63,344 nucleotides of DNA, filler included, from 11 parts of 11 records of this genome joined end to end with filler, not necessarily neighbours in it, one strand, 5' to 3'. Positions 44,725-56,691 are shown, counted from the first letter of the whole stretch. The notes: a model not told the origin generated them from the sequence alone. Numbers and translations: made by a program.

Positions 44725-47700
44725 ATGGCTGCCGAGCACCAGCAGGTCGAGCTCCAGGCTGCGGGGCGGCAGTCGACAGGAAGCAGGTGGTGCCGGTGGA
44801 AGGGCGGGTGCGGGCGGTGAGCAAGGAGGCCGCCAACAGCCGGGCCGCCGCTGTCTGCGACCTCAACCACAACAACTTCTGGTCCGAGCCGACTGGCCGC
44901 CCGCTGAGCCGCCCGCAGGTCCTCGGGCTCCAACGCCAAGGAGTGGATTGTGATTGAGCTCGACGCGGCCTGCCTGCTGGTCCAGGTGCCTGCCCGGCCG
45001 GCGGGCCGCACTTACGGGTTTCCATTGCAGCTCCGGATCCAGAACCGGAGCGTCACCGAATGGGAGCTCTCGGTCTCACTGACCAACAAGGCCGAATCGT
45101 ACATTCGGATCAGGCCGCGGTGGGCCGCTGGGTGGTGCCCGGTTCACCACTCCGTCGGACAGCTCGGACGCCCCGCGGCGGGAGGTGGTGATTCCAGTGG
45201 GTTACGTCCCGTGCCGGTGACTATTTCCTTATTAGGGAGCGTGTTAAGCCGATTTCCTGATCCGGACGGGGCAGGTTTGTCAAAGTCTACTGTGCGCGCG
45301 GTGTGTCGGCCGGCTGCGCCCACTCAGCTGGCCAGTGCAGGTTCGCCGATTGCAATCCAGTCAGTGCAGGCAGACGGGTATTTACTATTATTACACACTA
45401 TTGTGTTATTGACAGTCCGCACAGGGTGCCCATCCCAGGCCTGTCCAAGCCGCTTCTCCCCCTGGCCTACCACCTGGTCCCCAGGATCGTCCAGTCCTGT
45501 GAGGCCTCGCTAGCCATGCTCCGGTGCATTCGCATGGCTCTGCACAATGAGTTGCGCCGGGCAGCTCGGCGGCGGTGTTCCTGGATCCACTGGCCGAGCT
45601 GCTGCAGCACGAGCTGGCCCCTGAGAACTTAGACAGCTCAATCAACTTCCTGGCCCGGCTGGTTTCCGTTATATTCCGTTAAATGTCGAGCCTCAGCAGG
45701 TGGGCCCCTGGGCTCCGGTGCTCTCAGTGCTCCGCAAAGACCATCAGATCCAGCCAGCCGCCCAGGTGTCCGTTGGATTCAGTCGGGGGGCTGATCCGTT
45801 GCAGGGGATGGTCTCGGCAAACTTCTCGGCTCAGGTAGCTACACCTTCATTAAGGAAATAACCGGCATAACAGGTGCAGAAACAAGCTGGCAGCACGCTG
45901 CCGACACTCCGACCGGCCAACCTGCTCGTGCGATGCTCGCACGGACTGGCGCTGACCGCGGGTAGGCCTTGCTGCGGCATGCGCATGGCGACGCGGGGCT
46001 TGGGGCCGTGGTGGGGATGGTGGCAGCGCTGCTGAGAGAGCGCGAACAGGCAGCACGTTAACTGTGGCTTGCTACTGAGTCTAGTGCAGGATTCGACGAC
46101 AGAAGAGGCCACGGAGGTGCTATCGCACCAGGGAAAGGAGGCGCTCTTGGCCATGCTCTACTGCTGCGCCGCCAACCCTGTCTGTACGGGCCAACTGGCC
46201 GCTGCCAAACAGCTACCGCCTATCCGGTGCAGCCTGCCAAACCCTTTCCTGAGCCTGGTGCAGGCTGCTCCGCGTGCTTGCCCCGGGGATGCGCGCTATC
46301 GCCAACTCGTCCAGCGCCGCGCCCACCCGGTGCGCTCCACTGCGCATCCAGCTGAGCCGGCTGCAGCGTGGCAGTAGCGCACCGGTCGCTGTGCATAGCT
46401 GTGCAGCTCACGGTGCAACCAGAGCTGCAGCCGCTCCTTTCCGGGATCTGCGCCGTGCTGGGCTCGGCCTCGCACCTGCAGGAGTCAGCAGCCTGCGTGC
46501 TGCTAGAGCTCTGTGTCGGGCCGCTCAGAGCCTCAGCTCGGCTGGTCCCGCGGCAGGTGGGCTCATTTGATGTAGCCCGGGCTGAGTGCGGGTAGCTGGA
46601 CGCCTGCCTGGAGATCGCCACCGACCTGCTGGTCAAACAGTTTTGGTCGCGCAGGCACCAAGCGGGCACTGTGTGTGCTGGCGGGCGGTGGGTGGTGAGG
46701 GCTGGCAGGTGGTGCTTATGATCGAAGTAGTGCTCAGTGGACTGCTTGACAACTGCCTTGACGCGTTCCTGGCACACAAGGCCGGCCGTTGGGGTTGAAC
46801 GGGGCTGAGTTGTGGCTCGGCAGGCAGAGCTGCTGTTTGTACTACATACGCTGGCGCCCGGCCTCCGAGCTCGGCTGGACAGCCTCAGATCCGGGATCCC
46901 CGGCGACAGGTGCGCGCTGTGCAGTGCGTGTCGCGATAAAGACCGGGGGCAGCCGCACACACGGCCCAGAGGATAGCGCTCGGGTGGTAGAATGGCTACT
47001 GAACGCGGTTGACCAGGCAAGGCTTTTGCCGCTGGTAGCTGCCAAGGTCCGGTCGGGCACTTGACACATGCTGAGCTGGTATTAGGTGGAGGCCGGGGAC
47101 ATGCTTCCGTACACTGGGATGCTCCTGCTGCAGCCGCAGCTCCCTACCGAGCTGGCTGCCGTCTCGAGGGACCCTCTCCCTCCCGCTCTGGAGGCGCCAG
47201 ACCAAGACCCATCCAGTGGCCAGCGGCGCGAGAACGAGGACTGGATCGCCATTCTGGCTGCAGACCCATTCAAGCCGGCCGAGCCTGAGCAAGAAGCAGC
47301 TGGGCCGGCCACCACCGATCTGGACACAGACTTGGCCGTGCTCGACAACGCCGCCGGCCGCAGCCTATGCGCGCAGCAGTTTGCGGATCTGGCATCCACG
47401 CTGAGGGAATCGGCTGATCCTGCGGTCCAGCAAGCGGCCGTGCATGCCTTGCTCTTGTCGGCGGAGTGCCACCTGAGCCCGCACCCGCTCCCAAAACAGC
47501 CTGAGCAGTCCGAGCAGCCGGCAGCCCCGAACAGGCAAGCTGAGGAGGATAGGGACTTGGCAGTGGCGCGGTTGCTGGTGCAGGCGGCGAGCTGGGAGCG
47601 GCCAGAGCTCTGCGGCGCGGAGCGAGGGCTCGCGCTGGCCAGTGATTGGCTCGAATCGGCTGATCTTGTGACGTATGTCCGGGTGCATCAGCAGCTGCTG

Positions 47701-50700
47701 ATGAAGTTCCTGCTGGGGCGGCTGGGGGGAGCTGCGCCTGTGTGTGCAGCTGTGCTGCGTGGACTGGGCTTTCTGGTACAGGTGGCCACCCATCCATCGG
47801 CAGGCGAGATGAGCATGCTGGAAGCCGTGCTGGCGGCCATCACCCAGCCGCAGAGCCAACCACAGCATTGGGCCGTACCGCTCTGGCAGCCTCTGCATGC
47901 GCTGATCGACTGCTGCACCCGCCCGGACAGGCTGATCCAGAGCTCGCACTGGCTGGCGGCGGTGCCCGCAGTCAGGGCCAGTCCAGATCCGATCACGCAA
48001 TATCTGCTCTGGCGGGTCATAGTCCGAGGCATCTGCGCCCAACCTGCGACCATCCCAGAGCCCGAGGCGTGGACTGCAATGCTTGAGCTGCAGTGCGACG
48101 CTTTGTGCCAGCAAGAGCCCCCAGCCCAGCTGGAGGGGGCCCCTGAGTGGGTCGTCAGCCACCTGGCCAGCCAGATGCCTAAGCTGGCAGCCGACGGGAT
48201 GCGGGCGGCCCTAGCAGCTGTCCGCCGCACAGCCGAGGGCGGCGGGCTGGATACAGTGCTCTCTTGGCTCTCTGGTGTGCCGCCCGCAAATCTGCCGCCG
48301 CTGACCAAGCCGCAGGTTTGTGCTCCGGACCTTCAGGGGGAAATGCCAAGCTGCCATTCAATAGAGCCATGGTACAGTTTTTCAGTGAAACGCTCGTGGC
48401 GATGCCGGACGCGCGATTGTGCCTGGCTCACCTGCCACAGCTGCTGGCAGTGCTCTGCGCACTGGCTGCCAACCAACACGCGCAGCGGGCTACACTCGAC
48501 TGCTTGATGCAGATGGTGCAGCCGGTAGTAGACGCCTCAGAGCTGCCGCTGACCGACATAGTCGAAGGCGCCGTGTTTGAACGGCTTGTCGAGAGCCTCA
48601 GGGAAGGTGGGCAGGCGCCGCCAGGGCTGGTGCTCGCTGTGCTTGCCTGGATGGTGCCTCAGCTCTCTGAAGCCCAGCAGTCTAGAGCGCTTGAGCGACT
48701 GCCTGAGTGGTTTGACAGCAAAGAGCACAAAAATGCTGCCCAGATGCATGGACTTGCTGAGCTGCTTGAGAGTGTCAGCAAGCAGCCAGCCACTGCAAAG
48801 CTAGTCCGACCGCACTTGGACGCGCTGCTGGCCCATCTGGAGGGCCCAGCCCCGCCACTTCAGCCGGTAGCCACGCAGGGTATTGTCGACGCGGCGCTGC
48901 ACTGCCTTGAGGCGAGTGACGGGTCAAGCGCCCTCCCGGCGGCTGTGCTGCAGCTGGCGGGGAAGCTGCAGGCCAGTGGCAAGTGGGGAGGCGCGCTGCA
49001 GTTACTGGCCAAGATCCTACCCACTGGGCGCGACACAGAGGAACCGACCTGCCAGCTTGAAGCGGCTGAGGCTGGCGAGCTTATCGAAAGCCTGTGCACG
49101 ATTAGTCTACAAGCTCCTAGGCTGCTGTGGCGGGAGAGGGCCGCGGAGCTGATTGGGTGTGCGCTGCGGGAAGCGAGTTTGTACCGAGCGGAGCAGCTGG
49201 ATGGGCGACTCACGGAGCTACTCAAGCACCCGGAACCGGAGGTTATTTTCACTTAATCACGTCAGTGTGGTCACATGCTGTGCAGGTGAGAACAGCACTG
49301 TTGGACCACTTGATCCAACTCGCTGACCACCCAGCAGTACACGCTGAGGCAACCCAGCAGTCGCTTGCTGCGCTCACTGATTGGCAGACCACCGCGCTTG
49401 TAGGCAAGATCTGGCAGGCTCTGCTGATGGCTGCCACTGCGGACGGGTTCGGCTTGGTCCGATCTAAGGCCGAGTTTTGCATCCAGCGGTGGGTTTGGCC
49501 GGCGGCAACCTCGAGCCCGGGCGCAGGTGGCTGTGGACGTTGGACAGCGCTGATTTGGAACAGTTTGGGCGGAAAGTAAAGCGCTGTCACACCGTGGCTG
49601 GCCAGGCGGTGGTGGGCGAGCTGAGCCTTGGACTGGGCACACTGGCAGCCCTGGCAGCTCAGGCCTTCGAGGCGGCTCGGCCCTGGGGGGTGACTGGTCA
49701 GGGCAGGCTGGATCTCTGAAAATGCTGGACGAGGGGCTGTGGACCGAGCTAGGTCAAATCGCGGGCAACCCTCTGGCTGGGGCTCAGGAAAGGCAGTTGG
49801 CTGAGCTGCTTGGCCGGTCAGGAGCTGCGCCATGGGCCGGGGTAAGCCTGCTGGTAGGTGCAAAGAGGGAGTGGAAGAGCCTGAAAAGCTCAAGGCAGCG
49901 GCTGCTGAGCAGCTGGAGCAGCCTGCGCCTCTGTGTGAGCAAGACTCGTTCATGGAGGTGGTGCTCCGGGCGAGGGCGGAGGCCGAGGAGGAGTTGGGCC
50001 ACTTGGAGATGGCAGATGAGCAGCATGATGTGTCGGGCAGCCAGCTTACCCCTCAGCTCGACAGGGTTCGGACCCAGCTGCGCCAGGCAAAGCCCTAGGC
50101 CTGGGGAGGGTGATCCAGCGCAGGAGGCGAAAGAGGAGATGGACGCCGAGCAGCGGCAGCTCGACTCTCTGCACGAGAAGTTGCGGAAAGAACGGATCGC
50201 GGCTCGTGAGGCGGCCATACATGAGCAGCACGCGGTGGCTGTGTGCTGGGCAGTGGAGGGCTGACTGGGGGCAGGCCTCGGTTGAGTTGATCAAACTGGA
50301 GACCAAGCTGCAGCTGAAGAGCGTCGAGCGGCAGGTGGCCCGACTCGAGGCCGAGGAGGAGCACCAGCAGAGCGAGCATGAGCATAGAATGGAGCAACTC
50401 AGGTTGGCGGTGCCTAGAGGTGGGAGCAAGCGTGGTGGTAGGTGGAGGGCCCCCGAGGAGAAGCCCAAGGAGGATAGGTGGGTGGTGTGGGGTATTTATT
50501 AATATGCTGAGCCTGAGGCAGGAAACAGCCGACAGAGAAGGAGCATTACCAGCCTCGGGCGGCGCGGGACAGGAGGAGTGAGCAGGGGGAAGCCCGGCGG
50601 CAAAGAGGAGGCGAGGACAGCAAGCGGGCCGACGAGGAGAGCAGCAAGGCAGCTGGGGGGGTGCCACTTGGTGTGGGGGTGGGGCTGACGGCTGCTGGTA

Positions 50701-50945
50701 GGTGCTGCCGTTCAATGCAAGCTCAGATTTGGCTCCTCCGGTGGAGTCCAGGGGCCAAGGAGCCCGGGAGGTGAGCTTGGGTTTGGGCGAGGGGTTAATT
50801 ACGAGTGCGGGGGCAGCATGGGGGGCGGTCGGAGGGGTCTCATCATGGCCAGAGAAGTCGCGGTACGAAAGGCAGCAAGAACAATAGTCGGCAGAAGCGG
50901 GACGAGCCACAACAGTCCGAATTGCAGCAATACAGCACCAATTGA
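44725..50945 (+). CDS. Large intron-rich protein: N-terminal galactose-binding-like beta-sandwich, ARM/HEAT solenoid, C-terminal coiled coil
   Basis: Spliced N-terminus ...NFWSSGSNAKEWIVIELDAACLLVQLRIQNRSVTEWELSV...IRPRSDAPRREVVIPVGYVPCRFVKVYCARGSPIAI resembles an uncharacterised land-plant family (recalled, not searched). Middle exons were not all resolved. Confidence 0.68.
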
Positions 50946-51152
50946 ACTCAGAGCGAGCTCTGAGGCCCTGTGGGGCAACACCTACAATTACTGTAACACT
51001 TTATATCTTACTATCGGATTGTTAAATTAATAAACGAATCTGTTACAAGTACATTATTTTAATTACCGTGCACCGATATCTATTGTACATCAATTATTTG
51101 TCGTGCATATATGAGTATGTGTTGTACATGCAGTCGAGTGCATAGTGCAAAC

Positions 51153-52745
51153 TTAATCCCGTGGAGTAAGCAAGACCTTGAGACCGGCCTTCATCGGACA
51201 GGTGAGCGTGATTGCGTACTGCACACACTGTCCGGGCTGCTTGGTCACCTTGTACTGGCTCAGCAGCAGCGCGAGCATGGTCTTGATCTCAAGCAGGGCC
51301 ATGTCCATCCCGAGGCAAAGCCGATACCCGCCATTGAACGCCGGGAATTTAAATTGACTCACGCGTTGGAACTTGCCCTGATCGTCCAACCAACGGCCTG
51401 GCCGAAACTCCGCAGCGTCTGGTCCCCACAGCCGCTGGTCCCGGCCCTGGCAGTAAGGACTGAATGATACAAAGCTGCCCGCAGGCACAAAGGTTCCATC
51501 GGGGAGGAAGTCGTCGTTGAGTGCCATCTTCATTTCGACCGGCACCGACGGATAGAGCCGTAGAGTCTCGTGCACCACGGCATGCAGGAACGGCCTCGCC
51601 TTCTGGCTCAAGTCCTCGTACTCCGGGTGCCGGCCTAGCCCGGCAAGTTCATTGAGCAGCACGCTCTCCACTTGAGGGTGGTCCGCAATCAAGTGGATCG
51701 CCCAAGAAAGCGCGTTAGACGTAGTGTCGCGCCCGGCGATGATAAAGTTGAGCACAACATCCCTTAGCTGTTGGTCTGAGAGCGGCCGGCCTTCCGAATC
51801 CGACATTAGCATGAACCGACTGAGGATGTCCCCGCCGGTCCGGACCGCATCCGGTTGGCTAGCCAGCAGCCGCCGGCGCTTGTCAATCACGTCCTGTGTA
51901 AACTCCCGCAGCGTCCGGATCCAGCCGCGCATCTGGCCCTCGGCGCCAATACGGAGCAGCCGGCTGACTTTCCAGGTGAGTTGTTCGGTCACAATCCGGC
52001 GCCACAGCTGGGCCTGGGCTGCGTCGAACGCCACCGCGAATGGGGGCGGGTCCTCCGACTCCAGACAGCCGAGGGAGACCCCAAACCCAAGCTCGCCGAT
52101 GCTGTCAAGCGTGTACCTCTGGAAGAGCTCTTGTATCTCGATCGGGCTGTCAAGCCTTGAGGCGACCAGCTCAATCAGCCGGTTGGTGTTCTTGTTGAAG
52201 ACCTGCATGTAGAACTCGCGGAATTTTGTCACCGTGAACTCGTGGCTGGCCGTCTTGCGCTGACTCTTCCATTTGTGCCCGTCCACAGCGAAGATGCCTT
52301 CCCCCAACAGATCCCTGAACGCCTCCGAGAAGGTGGGCCCCTTGGGGTAGTTGTCAAAGTTTTTCTTGAGCACGTGCTCCAAATCGCACGGGCTGCTCAG
52401 GCTGGTGAGTCTAAAGAGCGGTAGCTGGATGATGCCGTTCGGGACCCGGTCGGGCGCCTCGATCCCCTGCTTGGGGGGCGGCATCTTAGCGTAATGCTCC
52501 TTGGCGACCACCTCGATAAAGAAGTCGTACAGCTCGTCCAGATTCCGGTACAGCACGACCAGATTGGACAGCCCGTTCCACCGGGAGAGCACGAACTTGC
52601 CCTGGTTGTGCTTGTGGTCCATCCATAGCAGCCGGAGCCACCGGCCGGCGTGCACGGTCGCCAGTCCGGCCAGCAGCAGTCCGGTGAGCAGCCAGAGTGG
52701 GCGGTCAAGCAGCGGGGCGGCCAGCAGCCCGACAGGAGCTGACAT
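51153..52745 (-). CDS. Cytochrome P450, CYP86-clan/CYP704-like (fatty-acid hydroxylase type)
   Basis: NFDNYPKG, LLGEGIFAVDG..WKSQRKTASHEF, AGRDTT, ETLRLYP and FNGGYRLCLG motifs; N-terminal anchor; ATG at 52745; no introns. Confidence 0.9.
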   Translation of the reverse strand: MSAPVGLLAAPLLDRPLWLLTGLLLAGLATVHAGRWLRLLWMDHKHNQGKFVLSRWNGLSNLVVLYRNLDELYDFFIEVVAKEHYAKMPPPKQGIEAPDRVPNGIIQLPLFRLTSLSSPCDLEHVLKKNFDNYPKGPTFSEAFRDLLGEGIFAVDGHKWKSQRKTASHEFTVTKFREFYMQVFNKNTNRLIELVASRLDSPIEIQELFQRYTLDSIGELGFGVSLGCLESEDPPPFAVAFDAAQAQLWRRIVTEQLTWKVSRLLRIGAEGQMRGWIRTLREFTQDVIDKRRRLLASQPDAVRTGGDILSRFMLMSDSEGRPLSDQQLRDVVLNFIIAGRDTTSNALSWAIHLIADHPQVESVLLNELAGLGRHPEYEDLSQKARPFLHAVVHETLRLYPSVPVEMKMALNDDFLPDGTFVPAGSFVSFSPYCQGRDQRLWGPDAAEFRPGRWLDDQGKFQRVSQFKFPAFNGGYRLCLGMDMALLEIKTMLALLLSQYKVTKQPGQCVQYAITLTCPMKAGLKVLLTPRD

Positions 52746-52860
52746 GGCGGCTGTTCGGCTGTGGGAGGGACAGAACACCTCGGCGATGTTGCGCTCACGT
52801 TGCGTTGAATTCCGTTGAATTCCGTTGACAAACTGAAAGCCTGGGACTGTTCGACTCTCG

Positions 52861-54195
52861 ATGAGGCAGTGCGGGCTGCTGTGGCTGCTGCTGCTGCGGT
52901 CCGCCTGGGCCGGCACGCCCATCGTGCTGGTGCACGGGTTCATGGGCTGGGGGCGGGACGAGATGGCCGGATTCAAGTACTGGGGCGGCCTGTCAGACTG
53001 GGAAGCTAGGCTCCGTCGGGACGGGTTCGACGTCCGTACTGCAGCCGTAGGACCGATCTCCTCCAACTGGGACCGGGCGTGCGAGTTGTTTGCGTACATC
53101 AAGGGCGGCCGGGTGGACTACGGCGCGGCACATGCTGCTCGTTACGGCCACCTGCGGTACGGACGCAACTTTACCGGGCTATACCCAGAGTGGGGCACGC
53201 TGGACGGCCAGGGCCGGCCGCGCTCGGTGGATCTGGTGGGTCATTCGATGGGTGGCCAGACGGTACGGATGATGCTCCAGTTGCTGGAGAGTGCCCAACC
53301 CGAGCAGCGCGGGGCGCCGGCCGGGCTGTTCGGAGGTCTGGCGCTCCCGTGCGAACTGACGGGCGGCTCAGGCGGCAAGGGGGGGTGGGTGCGGAGCATC
53401 AGCACAGTGTCGGCCCCTCATGACGGGACCACCTTGTTCGACCTATGGCCCGACGGATTCGTATCAGTGGTTGCGCAAATGGCCAAAGGCATCGCGGGGG
53501 CGCAGGTGACCGTGCTTCCGCCTGGGTGTCTAATGCGGTGCTTCTAGGGGCTGTTTGGAGATGAGCTGGTGTTCGATTTCAAGCTTGACCAGTGGGGTCT
53601 GGAGCGTCGGCCGGGTGAGGGCTGGATGGCGTACGAACAACGGCAAGTCACTTCGGTGCACTAAGACTAACGGCTGGGTGTAACTAGGGTGCTGAATTCA
53701 TCTATTTGGCAATCGAACGAGCGAGACTTGTCCTCCTTTGACTTGACCGTCAATGGAAGTGAAGCAATGAACCGGTGGACACCAGCGCTGCCTGACGTAT
53801 ACTACTTCAGTCATAGCTCGTGTGCCACCAAGCAGGCAATGATAGGAGACCACCAGGTAGCTGGTCGGGCCGGGTGGGTGGTTGACAGCCTGCAGGTGCC
53901 CGATCTCACAATGTGGTTCTACCTGCAACCGTTTGCGCTCATGATGGGTAGCAACGAGGACAAGGACACGTGGCCGAGCGATGGAGTAGTAAACACTGTC
54001 AGCCAGAGCGGCCCACACAAGGGTTCCAATGATACCGTTGTTATGTTTGATCCATCCAAGCCCGTCGCCCCCGGGGTGTGGAATTTTGTCAGCGAGCATA
54101 GCGGATTGGACCACTTAGAAATCATCGGAAATGGTGTGCAAGAGGCATACCCGATCTATCAAGCAATGGCGTCGCTTATCGACTCCTTGAAATGA
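52861..54195 (+). CDS. Secreted triacylglycerol lipase of Geobacillus/Staphylococcus (family I.5/I.6) type, 5 exons
   Basis: Signal peptide; PIVLVHGFMGWGRDE, SSNWDRACE, DYGAAHAARYGH, GHSMGGQT, DFKLDQWG, SDGVVNT and DHLEIIG motifs; GC-AG intron at 53643-53687. Confidence 0.9.
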
Positions 54196-54228
54196 TAATT
54201 ATAATTATCCACTTTATTACAGCAATGA

Positions 54229-55425
54229 TTAGTGTAGCCACCAGCTCACCCCGAGCCACACTGCTGCCGCCACTGGGCCTATGGGCCCGATGTGATCGAC
54301 TGCCCCGACCAGCACCACTGTCGGCGCGCCTAGCACCACCATCCGCCATGCCGGAATCCACCCGGGCGGCCGGGCCACAAGGCTCGGCTCGATCCGGCGC
54401 ACCACGGCCGTATCCTGACCAGGCGGCACCTCCACCACCACATCGGCAAACTTATGCATATCAGCGTACACGTAGTTCCGTACTAAATGCAGCGGGTGGA
54501 CGTACGCTGGCTTGAGAAACCGGTAGCGGTCGAGGTAGGGCGGGGCGTGCGCTACGTGCTTGTAGAGCACCACGTGCGCGTTCTGTGCCCGGCCGTGCTT
54601 GAACTCGCTCTCGAGCAACTCAATCAATATCGACTTTGGGAACATCCGAGACCGCCGCAACAGCCCGGCGAACGCGATCCCGCTTGAAGTCCACTGCGCG
54701 CAGTTGCCGGCCGTGTACGTGGCATCCCGAGCCTCGGTCATCGTGGCGTGCGCCCGCAGGACAGCCCCGTCACTGCTCGGGGTGCCCTTGGCCAGCATCT
54801 CGGTCACGCCCCTGGCCCTCTCGAGCCCGCTATGCACCAGCTGCGTGAGAGGGGCCGGCAGGTGCCGCGCCAGCTCCGATAGCCGGGCCTCGATCAGCTG
54901 AAACCGCGCCGCCCCTGCCTTCCCGCCTCGGCCGACGCTCGCCCGGGCATCGAGCGCTTCAAAGTACTTGTGCAAAGCGTCCGTTGCCCCCGGGGAGCAC
55001 CGCTCGACCCGAACACCAATGAAGTCCCTATTGTATGCCCCGCCCTGCTGGGCCCAGCTGTCCCAGCCCCTAGTGCCGTATATGTACTCGGACGGGTCCA
55101 CGAAGTTCACCATCTTGGCACCGGGCACATCCAGAGAGCCCAGTATGTTCATCACACGCTGCTTGCCGTCGCTGGTGGTGTACCGCACCGCCACGTGCCC
55201 GAACCGGAGGAAGTGCGAGTGCATCCAGACATTGAACGGGCTGTCGACGCAGGTGAGGTGGTCTGTGAGTATCACCTCCAGGTCTGCTGGGCGAGCCGCC
55301 CCGAGCGCCCTGTCCACCTCCTGCAGCACCGTGCGCTTGTTGGCGATGCAGCCCCCGTCCCGCGCCCCAAAGTCCCGCCCCGCGGTGCACAGCCGCCGTG
55401 CACAGAGGCCCAGCCTGCACCGCAT
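54229..55425 (-). CDS. Unknown protein with permuted papain-like (NlpC/P60) His...Asn-Cys motifs
   Basis: 398-aa single ORF; FGHVAVRY and YTAGNCAQW; presequence-like N-terminus and hydrophobic C-terminus. Confidence 0.6.
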   Translation of the reverse strand: MRCRLGLCARRLCTAGRDFGARDGGCIANKRTVLQEVDRALGAARPADLEVILTDHLTCVDSPFNVWMHSHFLRFGHVAVRYTTSDGKQRVMNILGSLDVPGAKMVNFVDPSEYIYGTRGWDSWAQQGGAYNRDFIGVRVERCSPGATDALHKYFEALDARASVGRGGKAGAARFQLIEARLSELARHLPAPLTQLVHSGLERARGVTEMLAKGTPSSDGAVLRAHATMTEARDATYTAGNCAQWTSSGIAFAGLLRRSRMFPKSILIELLESEFKHGRAQNAHVVLYKHVAHAPPYLDRYRFLKPAYVHPLHLVRNYVYADMHKFADVVVEVPPGQDTAVVRRIEPSLVARPPGWIPAWRMVVLGAPTVVLVGAVDHIGPIGPVAAAVWLGVSWWLH

Positions 55426-55636
55426 CGGCGGTGGGGGCTGAAATTACCGTTAGAATCCTGGTTCGTGCTGATGAACTGATGACCTGCAGCTGGATCGTCC
55501 GATCGTCCCGGCCGAAGCACATGGCTGGCGACCCGCGCGGCTGGCCACGCGTCACCCGGCGAGAAGGTCCGCAGGCCCCGCCCCTGTGGGTCGAGGCCTG
55601 CGGACGCGAGCTCAGCCCGGAAGCCCCGGGCGAGCA

Positions 55637-55861
55637 ATGGCAGCCATCACGGTGGAGGGCGCTGCCTGTCACAGCCCCGCCCGCTGCGGGCGCACCGCAG
55701 CTAGGCCATGTCTGTACTAGGTAGGACAGACGATCGGCTGAAGCTAAGCTACCAACTCAAACAAAAACAACCCAAACCAACAACAATGACAACACCCAAA
55801 CTAACAACAATGACAACCCGATACACAACCAGGCCACGGTCAACATCGGCGTGATCGGGCA
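55637..55861 (+). CDS. 5' fragment of an eIF2-gamma-like translational GTPase
   Basis: The contig ends in NQATVNIGVIG(H), compared with eIF2-gamma QATINIGTIGH; preceded by a duplicated TQTNNNDN. Start and intron are tentative. Confidence 0.5.
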
Positions 55862-55994
55862 NNNNNNNNNNNNNNNNNNNNNNNNNNNNNNNNNNNNNNN
55901 NNNNNTTAATTAATTAANNNNNNNNNNNNNNNNNNNNNNNNNNNNNNNNNNNNNNNNNNNNTGCGGGGGTGGGGCTGAGGCTGCCGGCCCGCAG

Positions 55995-56344
55995 ACTTTG
56001 ATGACAATGGGTTCATCGACCCTGTGGACCTTGAGCTGGTGGTAGAGACCATGCTCAAGCTGGTAGACCAGGTGTGCTCATTCCATTAGCATAGCATCAG
56101 AGCTGGCCAGGACGACGCCGAGCAGCTGAGCAACGAGGAAAAGATCGTGATAATCCAGAAGGTGATGTGTGAGGGAGACCCATCGATCACTGAGGAGGAC
56201 CAACAGAAGCATGGATACCAGAATGTCGGCCAGGTCGGGGCCAGCTCAGAATGGGCTGAGCTGTGGCAGATCTCGTACCACGAGTTTGAGCGGATCATGC
56301 AGCGGGTGCCCGATTTTGAATCAAAGTTCTACATCTCGTTCTAA
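55995..56344 (+). CDS. C-terminal part of a CIB (calcium- and integrin-binding)-like EF-hand protein
   Basis: DFDDNGFIDPVDL, LSNEE..IIQKVMCEGD and ISYHEFERIMQRVPDFESKFYISF*; two short introns. Confidence 0.75.
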
Positions 56345-56691
56345 TAGCCAACACCGCCGGCGCCGGCGCACCGCTAACTAGTTAGTCACATTAAACATTG
56401 GTCAACACTGATTCGCGTCTGTGTTGATCCACCTCCAACCGCAAGTACTTGTATGCAGGATCGGAGGACGCTCTTGGCTCCGGTGCATCCGGACCGGACC
56501 ACCGTCTGGCGCTGGAAGAAGCGGGAGGCCTCCGGCCAACCCGACACACAACGCACATGCATCGGACACACGGCCGACATACACTCTATACACGCACAGC
56601 CTACGCACAGTGCACATATTAAGCTTTACACCCGACACATCCAACATCCAATCAACGGGCTGAACAACAAACTGACTTCGCGCCCGCCCGG

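Noticed and set aside
52746-53102. N-terminal extension of the P450 ORF overlapping the lipase
   Set aside because: The membrane anchor begins at the ATG at 52745; the extension is the antisense of the lipase first exon.
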